From Salisapilia sapeloensis CBS 127946 (Eukaryota; Protista; Oomycota): DNA of 38,649 nt. Under the pieces are notes generated by a model. It was not told the origin of the DNA, did not search any database, and worked only from the letters and a program-made list of their open reading frames with translations. The translations under genes were made by a program, and so were the position numbers. The stretch covers positions 1 to 38,649 of the forward strand of contig JAADVB010000183.1 of NCBI GenBank assembly GCA_023334545.1, written 5' to 3'. This document shows, piece after piece, positions 10,992 through 20,987 of this stretch. Positions within the stretch are counted from its first letter, which is position 1, and each line of letters opens with the position of its first letter.

Positions 10992-11063
10992 GGTCCTATG
11001 GTGTAATGGTTAGCACTCTGGTCTTTGAATCCAGCGATCCGGGTTCAAATCCCGGTAGGACCT
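10992..11063 (+). tRNA. tRNA-Gln(TTG): tRNA-Gln, anticodon TTG (11025-11027), intronless
   Basis: 72-nt cloverleaf: acceptor GGTCCTA/TAGGACC, D arm GGTGTAATGGTTAGCAC, T arm CCGGG-TTCAAAT-CCCGG, discriminator T. Typical eukaryotic tRNA-Gln except for a T-T mismatch at pair 31-39. Confidence 0.95.
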
Positions 11064-11064
11064 C

Positions 11065-11070
11065 TTTTTT
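11065..11070 (+). terminator. RNA polymerase III oligo-dT terminator
   Basis: T6 run starting 2 nt after the tRNA discriminator base. Confidence 0.8.
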
Positions 11071-11949
11071 CGACTGACTTATTTTATTTTTCAATTTACT
11101 TTTGCTCAACTTTATTGGAGCACTATGTTTGTTAGAAGCTATGACTAGGACCTCCATGGCGATCATTTTGACCTTGACGATTCAAGATGCAAAGTACAGC
11201 AGTGGAAAGCTCGACCGTCCTGGATACTGATTTGGATACCAGTCACTATCGTCACTTTTTTATCACACTATCAACTTGTATGTGGGTCGAGGTGATGTGG
11301 AAATCCAGTCGCAGCGCGAATGGCGACGCACAAGCGTAGCAACCTTGACAAGCAGCACATATACACGAAACCAAGAAGGCACACAAAGGAGCTTTCTATC
11401 TGCTATGCAAACTCTTATACAACTACAAGTACAAACGGATCGTGTAGAAACTCTTTTGATCGACTAGTTGAATAAAGTAACTTGAGATATCAATGCGGCT
11501 CATCCGATGGCCATCAGTCGTGAATGGCGTCTCCCAAGGCATGTGACATCTACTTCACAACGCCACTCGCGACTCGTACCCTGTAGCTTCCACCTCGTAC
11601 GTACGTCGCAAAGATGTATATTTTACAATCCCAACGCGGCACGCTTCAGTCTGGTGTGCCCGAACGATCGTGGCCCAAGTCCTGCATCCACTGTCCGCTT
11701 CGATAAAAAATCATACGACCTCTATTTTTAGATAGTTGCCACAGTCTACTTCCGATACATTTTGTATGCACAGCTACCTGTCATTGTCTATATCATCGTC
11801 CATTTGTAATACCTGGCGCCACGGAATCCATCAATAAGCAAACTCGCTCCTCGACCCGGCGATCTCTACCGTTTCCCTGCTTCCTGCGCGTGACAGATAG
11901 CAAAAACGTCCTCGTCGCCACTGCTCCGCAGTCCCCACCGTACTTGTGA

Positions 11950-14900
11950 ATGAACCCGTACAACTTGCAGCGACTTCGAGAAGAGGCTGACGGCGCGTCC
12001 AACACTCCTGCATCCGCGTACGTGATGTCCACCGACAATAACTTTACCAGCATCTCCAACACGGCTACCTCCGACCAATCCTTCAACAACAACGCACAGC
12101 CAGCTCCTCGCATGAGTGAAGCGGAGAAGGCCACGTACGAACTCACTAAGGGCGATGAGACCGAAGCCTTGGGACGCATCACCGTCCACGGGTACATGCA
12201 CAAGCAAGGTACTCGTGTGATCAAAGGGCCTGTGGCCAAGTCATGGCGAAAACGGTACTTTGCGTTAGAGGGAAAGAAGATCTACTACTTCCACGACTTT
12301 GTCGATTGTCGAAAGTACTTTAATAGTCGAAACGGAGAGCTCGTCATCGGTGCCATCGACCTACGAGATGCCTTCAAGCTAGAGCAGAGTGAACGACTCG
12401 ATCTTCCGTCCAGAGGTATCGAAATCCACACGAGGCATCGAAAGTGGCTGCTCTGTCCCGAGACCGACTCGGACTTTACGATGTGGTTCGACGCGCTCGA
12501 GTTCACCATCATGGCCGACGGCTCCGGAAACGTCGTGAAGCGAGAGCTGCCCAACGTTCGAGAGTACGAGATGAAAGGCCGACTTAGCTACCGCTTCTGG
12601 TACGTCATCTTCGTCCTGACGTCACTACTCGAACTCGCGGCTTTGACGCTGTGGTTCCCCCTCGGCATCGAGCCGTGTGATATGAAGTACAAGGAAGAGA
12701 CGTGTGAATTCATCGGGCAGACGTACGTAGACAAGATCCACTGCGGTGACAAGCCGTTCAACGGTTTGTGGAACCCACCCGAGTGGTACCACTGGTCCGC
12801 CGGCATCAGCGATGTCCAGTGTTTCCGAGAGCCTCTCATCGGTCACTGGATCTCCTTCTTCCTCTTTTATCTAGCCGAATTTATTTCCATCTCCCTCGGT
12901 TTCCTCTACTACTTGGGCATGTGGAAACCAGTACGTCGAGGCGCACAGTACCTCAAAGACTTTAAGCCTCACTTTTCTCCTGGCAAGTGGCCGACGGTCG
13001 ACATCCTCTTGTGCCACTACTCGGAACCTGCGGAAGACACGATCGCGACGTTGGAGTGCATTATGAACCTAGACTACCCGGCGCACTTGTACCACGTCTG
13101 GATCTGTGACGACGGATACTGTAAAGCCAAGTGGTCTGACGGTGCCGTCGTGCCAGAAGTCGGCGTCAACCATGGCGTCATTGAGAACGCTGGAGACGTC
13201 CGACATGAAGTTGCGCAGTTCATGTACGAACGCGTGTGTGAGAACGATGAGCTCGAGGTAGACGAGTGGCGCAAGCAGCACACGACCGTCCGCATGCCGA
13301 CGGATGAGCACCCTCGCGTCGTCCCTCGCGCGGATTGTGCCGTCGGATCCGTCCGAGACGACTATAGCTACATGGGCTTCCCTAAAGTCACGTTCGTCGG
13401 TCGGATCAAGCCTCCCGTCCACCACTCCAAGGCTGGTAACATCAACAACGTCCTGTACAACGAAGGCGCCGGCGGCCGATACGCCGTCATCCTGGATAAC
13501 GACATGAAGCCCCACGCCATGTTCCTCCAAGCCACACTCCCCTTCTTCTTCGCCGCGCCAGAGAGTGCGCGCATGGGCAAGTGCGTCGCGCCGGGGTGCA
13601 CGGACATTGCCAAGATCAGTTGCGCCATGTGTCTCAACGCCGGCGTGCCGGAGAAGCACATCTCCTTTTGCTCAAAAGACTGTTACAACGCTGCGCAACA
13701 CCAGGTCTCGTCTCTCCATCGCCGACAGACGCAGAACACCATGACCGAGCGATGGGCGTGTGCGACCTGCGGCAGCAAGATCAACCAGAAGAAAGGCATC
13801 TGTCGCAAGTGCAACGCGCCTGTGAGTCGTCGCGACTCGGCCGTCGAGTTCGCCGAAGTCGGGCAGGATGACTACTCGGACCACGTGTCGATGAATCAAG
13901 TCGGGTACGTCCAGACGCCGCAGTACTTTGAGGATTGTCTCCAGCTGCGTCTAGGAGATCCATGCGGACATCGTAACGCGACCTTCTTCGACTCTGCTCA
14001 GACAGGTATGGACGGATACGAGTGCGCTTCCTTCGCCGGCACGAACGCCATCTTCCGTCGCGATGCGCTGGACTCGGTCTGTGGCATCCAGTATGGCAGT
14101 TTGACAGAAGACGCGTTCACGGGAAAGATGATGATTGACAAGGGATGGAAGGGTCTGTACTTCCGAAAGGATCTCGAGGGCGAGGAAGGAGATCGGATTC
14201 GACTCGCAGAAGGAGCCGTCCCAGAGACTGTCGCCGCAGCACTTGCACAGCGTAAGCGATGGGCAAAAGGTAACTTCCAGATCTACCTCCGGAAGAAGCA
14301 TTCGCTCGTGGACCCAGAGTGGAGTCCACCCAAAGTGGAGCTTCCGCCGAAACGCAAGGTCAACAAGTTCATGCGATGGGTCTTCTTTATGAACTTGACA
14401 GTCTACCCCATCGGATCCTTCCCTGCCCTCTTCTTCTTCTATTGCACAGCCTACTTCTTGTACACGGGCGACGCTCCTATCTACACGAGTGGTCTGCGTC
14501 TACTCATGGCGCTCGTGCCCAAGATCATCGCCCAGAGTGTCTTGTCTGCGCTTTCCAATCGGACAGTCGAGAATGATGACGTCCTACGTAGTCAGCAGAC
14601 CTGGTTCTCGTACGCTTTCGTCCACGTCCTCGCTGTCTTTGAGACCTTCCAGTGGAAAATCACGGGCAAGGAGGCGTCGTGGGCCAACACGGGTGCGCTC
14701 TCTGGAAATAGCATCATGGAACTGCCCAACCTGATCGTCTTCCTCGCCATGGTCTTTGGCATGCTTTGGGCAGTCGTACGCTTCTTCGTCGGCTACAACA
14801 TCGCCGAGCGGACGCACAACACGCCTCTGCTCTTCGCCAGTCTCTTCCTCGGCGGCTTTGTCGTCGCGCAGCTCGGTCCGATGGTCCGCATGAGCCTCCA

Positions 14901-15036
14901 GACGTACTTTGGCTGGAGCCACAAGAGTCTGACGGACCAAGGCAACATTGTCGGCTCCTTCTCGCTCGCCTTCTTCCTCGTCGTCCTCTGCTTCTGGGTG
15001 TACGTGGAAACACCAAACCATGAAATCTTTGGTTAA
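11950..15036 (+). CDS. CesA: Cellulose synthase with N-terminal PH domain (oomycete CesA1/CesA2 type, GT2; 1028 aa)
   Basis: PH domain (HGYMHKQG...SWRKRYFAL...WFDALE, about 12180-12520), 2 N-terminal TMs, DDG, HSKAGN, DND, QTPQ, FAGTN, TED and QRKRW (14248-14262), then a multi-TM C-terminus. Which paralog it is cannot be settled without a tree. Confidence 0.95.
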   Translation: MNPYNLQRLREEADGASNTPASAYVMSTDNNFTSISNTATSDQSFNNNAQPAPRMSEAEKATYELTKGDETEALGRITVHGYMHKQGTRVIKGPVAKSWRKRYFALEGKKIYYFHDFVDCRKYFNSRNGELVIGAIDLRDAFKLEQSERLDLPSRGIEIHTRHRKWLLCPETDSDFTMWFDALEFTIMADGSGNVVKRELPNVREYEMKGRLSYRFWYVIFVLTSLLELAALTLWFPLGIEPCDMKYKEETCEFIGQTYVDKIHCGDKPFNGLWNPPEWYHWSAGISDVQCFREPLIGHWISFFLFYLAEFISISLGFLYYLGMWKPVRRGAQYLKDFKPHFSPGKWPTVDILLCHYSEPAEDTIATLECIMNLDYPAHLYHVWICDDGYCKAKWSDGAVVPEVGVNHGVIENAGDVRHEVAQFMYERVCENDELEVDEWRKQHTTVRMPTDEHPRVVPRADCAVGSVRDDYSYMGFPKVTFVGRIKPPVHHSKAGNINNVLYNEGAGGRYAVILDNDMKPHAMFLQATLPFFFAAPESARMGKCVAPGCTDIAKISCAMCLNAGVPEKHISFCSKDCYNAAQHQVSSLHRRQTQNTMTERWACATCGSKINQKKGICRKCNAPVSRRDSAVEFAEVGQDDYSDHVSMNQVGYVQTPQYFEDCLQLRLGDPCGHRNATFFDSAQTGMDGYECASFAGTNAIFRRDALDSVCGIQYGSLTEDAFTGKMMIDKGWKGLYFRKDLEGEEGDRIRLAEGAVPETVAAALAQRKRWAKGNFQIYLRKKHSLVDPEWSPPKVELPPKRKVNKFMRWVFFMNLTVYPIGSFPALFFFYCTAYFLYTGDAPIYTSGLRLLMALVPKIIAQSVLSALSNRTVENDDVLRSQQTWFSYAFVHVLAVFETFQWKITGKEASWANTGALSGNSIMELPNLIVFLAMVFGMLWAVVRFFVGYNIAERTHNTPLLFASLFLGGFVVAQLGPMVRMSLQTYFGWSHKSLTDQGNIVGSFSLAFFLVVLCFWVYVETPNHEIFG

Positions 15037-15105
15037 GAGTGGATTTTTCTTTGAACAAAACACAATTTTTTTTCAAACTACAAGTAGTCGTCTCTCGCTT
15101 GCAAA

Positions 15106-17619
15106 CTACTCTTCCAATGGTACAATATGCTCTTCATCCACTAGCAACGTGTAGCTATAGTACTGTAGGTACTGGGAGAAGAACGCTCCTTCCAACGCGA
15201 TGACGACTTTCATCGAGTGGTGACGGAAGGAAAAGGAGAATTCGCTACCAGCGTCCCACAACACATTCCCGACGCCTCGACTCTGATACAGCACTTCACC
15301 GTCTAAGAGGACGCTGCGGAATCCGCCGCGTAGTCCGTGCTGGAGCTCGACGCAGTGCTTTTCGTCCTCCATCTCGAGCACCCACCAGATCTGCTTCCAG
15401 GGGAACGTGAACAACAAGGCACTGGCTGGATGCTTCATCTCTTCTAAAGTACACTCCCACACCTCCTTGCCATCGTCCAAGCTTAGTCTACCTCGTCGAG
15501 ACATGGGGACGCTGTCTTTGCCTTGAGACGACGTCCCGAGGACGTGTCGGTCTTGGAACACTTGCATCTGCAGCAACGTTTCGTCCAGCAATAGCTCAGG
15601 TCCTCCGTCGTCCGGGACCTTGACCCACGTCCGATTCGGGTACCCGAGACTCACCCAGTCCGGCGGATTCGCATACAAGTTGAACAAACGTTCCGAGATG
15701 CGCATGAGACTCGGACCTTCGTCCTCATACCCTCTCTTCTTGGGTGCTTCCGGTCCGTCCAATTGGATCCATCCTTTATCCGACGACACCAACCGGATGA
15801 ACGTCTCCTTCGACCTTGGCGCTGTGTACTGCACATCTGCCTTGAGGATCGCTCCTTCCGGCAGCTGCCGCAAGACCTGTGATCGACTTTCAGGAGACAA
15901 GAGCACGTCTTTGCTTTCACATAAAATACGGTAATAAAAGGTTCCACTAACGCGTTCCGAATGGTCATCGACTAGATCCACCACTTGCTCTCCAGTCGGT
16001 GTCATATCAAAGATCCAGCCACCATTGTGCGATACCTTCAAGTACGTGATACGACTGCCTGGTGGTTTATATTGTAAAGAGCTTTCGACGATACTTCCTG
16101 CCGCGAAAGGAGTGATGCCAGGCAGACGACTGCACTCAAAGTCCGGCGCGGATCGAGGGTACGTCGGCATGAGGACGCGATAGAACTTGGCGTCGTCCTT
16201 TGTCATGGCAAAGCCTTGCACTTGCTCCAGGACACGACTGTAGGGCGGAGACAACTGTTGTTCGCACACCCATCCAGCGTCATGACGTAGCTTAACGAAG
16301 CTCAGCTCCGTCGCTGGCGCTGGAGGAGGCAGGAACTCAGTTGGGATGGTCGGAAGAGACGTATCGGACGGCACGAAGCGTTCACTACACTCGATCAAGG
16401 TATCCTTATATCGTTTTCTCTTTGATTCTAGGCTAGATGGCAGCGCTGGAGTCGGCAGCACGACCACGTCTTCTAGGACCTGATAGAAGAGGCGTTCCAC
16501 CAGTCGTTCTTGCGGCCGAGCAATAGGTTCCAATACCACTTGTCCGTCCATTGTGGTCTCAAAGACCCATCCACCATGACAGGACGCAACGTGCTTCCCA
16601 TTCATACCGTGTGCACAGCCACAATTCGCGTCTTTTTCTTTACAAACACGAACGTAAGTGATCTTACTACCAGGCGGCGTTAAGCGTTGCGAAGCTTCGA
16701 CGATCGAGTGGAGCTTGAAGCCTTTGCCAGCTCGTTGAGCCATGATATGAGGGGCGACACGGACGCCGACGGGAATGCGGACGATGTAGAAGAACTGGCC
16801 GTGCTCGATGTGAGGCTGCGACTTGAGCTTTTCCAAGACACGAATGCCCGAGTTGAGACAATCAAAGAGCCATCCGTCTTCATACGCGAGCTTACAAAAG
16901 GTGACGCCAGAGTCAGGGCATCGATAGAGGCGGTTGCACTCGACGATCTCCTCAGCGTTTTTAAAGACGTAACGAGAGATAACAGGTGAAAGCAAGTCTG
17001 GCTGCTTGCGTAATTCGATCGGAACGAGAATACGAAAGTGGAATTTGCCAGACTCATCGTATGGCTGCGCATCAGACGGTAGACGCTCTAGAAAGTAGGT
17101 CGATGGAGATGACGGAGGGTGGACGGACGCGAGGAGATAAGCATTATCTACGTGAGAGAGACTGACGAACCAAGCGGAGACTATGTGACCATTGTATGGG
17201 TATTCACATTGGAAGCAAGCGTCGGACTCGACCACTTCTTCCGCCATCTTCTTCAGGTTGAAGCCTACGCAGGAAGGATGTGAGCGGCATGGATACATTT
17301 ATAATCGGACGTGTCTACTTTGAGCATTTGTTTCGTCTTTCCGCTGCGGCGCTTTGCCTGGATCATTGCGACTCAGCTCTTCAATACGAGCGAGACCAGT
17401 GGACCCATTTGGACTTGTCGGATTATCGCTTGTGGTGGTGGCAGTGCCGGTCGAGCCAAAGTCGACAGTATATAAATGGCTATCTTCCAGCACACGATAG
17501 AAAGCATGATCTTCATGCACGCGACGATGCTCATTAAGGTCTTCATCGGCAGCAGGGGATAGGACTTTGCAGAAGGACACGCCATCACGAGAGCTACTCG
17601 CACTCAACCTCCGCGTCAT
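15106..17619 (-). CDS. Uncharacterised protein with 5-6 tandem SH3b-like repeats and a C-terminal FAIM-like domain (about 819 aa; exons 17619-17319, 17264-15106)
   Basis: A 730-codon ORF plus an upstream same-frame ORF, joined by a 54-nt GT-AG intron that removes the single TAA. Repeats have the form FY(R)V-...P...(I/V)VE...PGS..T(Y/F)-..L....GW(I/V/L)F(D/E). The C-terminus W-V-L-E-M-EDEKHCVELQHGLRGGFRSVLLDG...YSYTLLVD matches the FAIM beta-sandwich pattern. The coding status is strong; the exon-1 start and domain names are by eye. Confidence 0.8.
17265..17318 (-). other. Predicted 54-nt intron containing an in-frame TAA
   Basis: GTAGAC...GCTCAC(branch-like)...CCTGCGTAG. It keeps frame (NAQ-S-FNLKKMAEE) and its length matches the other introns in the window. 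Confidence 0.75.
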
Positions 17620-18528
17620 GCTGATCAAAAATAAAACTTTGTTGTATAAAACGCCTCTTGTATGGAAAAGATAGACCGTATACAAAGTACAAGTGAATTT
17701 AGATAAGTGCTTCGTCAGTTTCATGGCGAAAGAAATTATGCAAGCTAATTATGATTGATAGAAGCTCGGTCGTAGTTGGCATTAGGTAGAGTGAGCATGT
17801 AGAAACTTGGAATGCTATGGATGTATGTGTTGTGACTTGTTGATACACTCTCATGTGCCTTGGAGAATTTATCATTACCCCACATTGACTGCCATAAAGA
17901 TCGGATGTCCTACGCAAAGTAGTAGCCTCGAGTTTTGAATAAAGAGTACTTAATACTCAAATGAGATGCGTGATACAGGTTGAGTTGGTTATATAAAATG
18001 CTATAGCTGGTAGTAAATACTGCGTTCTTGTAATACTCAAAGCATCCGCTCTGTTAATGGCCTTCGAGAGCTCACATCGGCATTGCATAAAGAATCAAAA
18101 ATTTATAATAGTTGTTAGCAAAGTCATATCTTTCATTTCTCGTAGGTATGCCTATCAGTCCATAGAATAGAAGAGGATAAAAGATTGGATATGGAGGTCA
18201 CCGAGTAATAATGAAGTGACAGAAGCGTGCAACACGTTTCTTGATGATCGTTTAAAGGAAATTGGACAGGACACGTAGACTGAGAAGATATTGTAATAAA
18301 GAGGACGAGATGCTCTTAAAGACGCTTTCCCTAGTAAGCACTCGCCCACGTAAAAACAAAAAGAATGCTACGTGAACCTTGGTAATTGATGAATTCAGTT
18401 AATGGTATTGCATTGCAACCTTTAGGCAGGTTCTCATTTTGATCTCGTTCGTCAATTTTAAAACTATGGTGCGATGCTCCATATGCAACGACGAATATTG
18501 CGTTTAATAATATATGCTCCAGCCTCTT

Positions 18529-18957
18529 TTAAAGAGTTTCGCCAGGCTCTTCGGGCGTCGCATTTGTCACGGGCGGTACCCAGTATTCGACGGACTGAAG
18601 AAACTCTTCATCCGATAGAACGTCGACAGGATGTAGTGGCTCGACAGGGGCTGCGCATGGAAGCGGAAGTGGATATGGAGCTAAGTCAGTCGCTGCTGGG
18701 AGGTATGACTGCGCAACTTTTTCCAGTCGGTCGTTTTCCTTCTTCAATCTTTCGACTTCCGTTTGGAGGTCACGGAGGCGCTTAAGCTGGCGCTGACGCG
18801 ATCTCGCAGCAGATTGACGGTTACGCTCCCGGCGTACTTCGACAGGGTCATCTGTTGACTTCTTGAAGGCAGAGCTCGGGCTGCACGGTGATACCGGATG
18901 TGAGACCGAACGAGGTGACGAGTCGCTGGCATTACTGGTCGAGGAGGCGCAAGACAT
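18529..18957 (-). CDS. Small bZIP transcription factor (142 aa, canonical Asn type)
   Basis: Basic region RRERNRQSAARSRQRQ (N-x7-R), then heptad leucines L-QTEVER-L-KKENDR-L. Ser-rich N-terminus and Pro/acidic C-terminus. Confidence 0.88.
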   Translation of the reverse strand: MSCASSTSNASDSSPRSVSHPVSPCSPSSAFKKSTDDPVEVRRERNRQSAARSRQRQLKRLRDLQTEVERLKKENDRLEKVAQSYLPAATDLAPYPLPLPCAAPVEPLHPVDVLSDEEFLQSVEYWVPPVTNATPEEPGETL

Positions 18958-19000
18958 AGTGCTAATTCCAAGTCGAGGGTGTGATTGCCCGTGCAGTGGT

Positions 19001-19016
19001 AATTTTCAAAATGAAA
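19001..19016 (-). promoter_or_regulatory. Candidate INR(-FPR) core promoter of the bZIP gene
   Basis: TTTCATTTTGAAAATT about 45-60 nt upstream of the ATG. It contains a perfect YCAYTYY; the FPR half is imperfect. Confidence 0.45.
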
Positions 19017-20987
19017 AAGCTGGCATCGTGCTGGAAGCGGTTCGGCATCTGTTTGCACTCACCACTCTTTCACAGTTTACGCGTGGACGAGCGAAATAAG
19101 TCAGTGTAATGAGCATGCAATCGCATACAGAGCATCTATGTTCGACTACTTGATTGTTTAAAGATTTGTTCGGGCGAACAATCAGCTTCGCACGTGCTTG
19201 ACCAAAGTATCTAACATGACACTGTCAAGTAGCGAACGAAGGGGTGATGACTAAGGAAGAGGTCTCATTGACGTGCCCGGATAAGATATTTTTGAACTCT
19301 CTTGCGAGTATTGTGACGACTTTAGAAAGTATCGCTCCACTGATTGCTTTTTCGACTTAAACTTGATTCCTGCATTTCTAAGATATGCAATCGACTACTG
19401 GAGAAGGCATACGCTCAATCGATTCATTGATTTTATATTAGCCACAATTGCGATGCTTTGCATTAAAAATCTTCATCGTCTTTATATGTACTATCGAAAT
19501 TTTTTCGCTCCGTCCATTTAATTGTTGCTGTCATGCTTGGAGATCGCTTGGCCTCATGGATATCTCGTGCCGTGTAAATTTTTATAGTGGGATGCAAAAG
19601 ATAATTAACGGAAAACTTCGGCTCTTGGTCGTGACCCAAGATACATGACAGACACTTGACCGGTCGCTGTCCCTGCCGTGCCACTTGGCGTGATTGAGCT
19701 GCTTGATTCCTGCCATTTGAAATCAATATTTTCAGTAAGACACATCGAGCTGTAACATCATCACTTCCGACGACAGGTGACAACTGCTAAGTAATTGAAC
19801 TCAAAAGACATATTGATCTGCAACCGTGGCGAATGGCGAGTAGACGCCAAACTATGAGCACCGGATCAAACGGTTGAGTTAATGTGGCTCATACCTTGTT
19901 ACAACGGCAGCCTGCGTTCCTACTGGAACTAGTGAGTAAAATCCGCAGTATGCACATGACAAAGCAAGCCTACGGAGCCTTACCCATAATCAGAGTCAAC
20001 ACATGTTCCAAGGGCGGATATGCTTCTCGTTTTAGTAGCCAGACGAATACAACTTTTGTTCGTTTTTGCAGTCACAATCGATAACCTAGGCGCTGGATAT
20101 AAAACAGTGCGACGTGCTGAATTCTACTTTATAAGAGTGTGCGTTTGCTCCTTACTTTAAATATACAAATGTATTGTGCTAGCATGTCTTGTTATGCACT
20201 GAGAAGCGATTCTTTCTTCCACCCTTTGTAGGATCTCTTCTTGTACCCATGACCTAAATATAGAAGATGCTTTGGTTGGTAGGTTGACTCGAAGTTGATC
20301 AAACCAACTCGTGGAATCCTCCATTTGATGTCTACCCCCACCCATATCGTTGAGTCGATCTCCGACGTACCAACAGTATATTTTCATCACTCTAGCTTGC
20401 GCATTATGCTGCGGAGGCACAGGCTTTTGCTTTAAGTGGATCGGAAACGTTTGGATTACCGGTAACCGTCTAAGATGACCGCATTTTATCCCCATTTTGT
20501 CATCTACTCAAAAGATTTGATCCATGGTTTTCACTAGCTGCACTCACTATTCTCGAAGGTGTATCCGCATTTCCATTTGGCAACCCCATCACACGTAAAG
20601 ATATCAAGTTGAAACTTTCGACACGAGGAAGACGGTTTGTGCAGTGCACTTTGCATCGCGCACTTGATTTCCTTATGATGTGCATGCGAGACAACTCACA
20701 CAAAGTTTCGACCGTCGGGTGGGTTTGAAGTTAAATTACCTCGTAGATTAACAAAGACTTCCGGCAGTCGCGTCGCTAGCACACAAACGCCAACTGTCTT
20801 CTGCTTGTGCCAATTGCACTCGTGGCGTGACAAAATGCTGTCTATACAGGTGCACTTCAGATCATCGGATCGTGATGCGATAGATACAGAATCATACAGT
20901 GCCCTCCATTTCCATTATCCCGAATGATGTGGTACACATAGAAAGGTACTTGGACTTGCCGACTAGCTCGTGGGCACAATTAGCACA

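Noticed and set aside
11793-15076. Numerous alternative-frame and antisense ORFs over CesA and its leader
   Set aside because: GC-rich shadow ORFs fully explained by the CesA frame.
17299-17301. Stop-codon readthrough or TAA-to-Gln recoding, tempting because of the variant tRNA-Gln
   Set aside because: A canonical 54-nt intron removes the stop. TAA, TAG and TGA all serve as true stops elsewhere and no other gene has in-frame stops.
17620-17724. 5' extension of the 141-aa ORF (MKLTKHLSKF...)
   Set aside because: AT-rich and promoter-like; coding-style composition begins only at ATG 17619.
19151-19184. Small inverted repeats (TGATTGTT...AACAATCA; TTGTTCG-GG-CGAACAA)
   Set aside because: Stems of 7-8 bp are expected by chance, and no RNA family signature is present.
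20157-20703. 112-aa and 67-aa minus-strand ORFs in the bZIP/microprotein spacer
   Set aside because: No codon bias, recognisable motif or promoter support.
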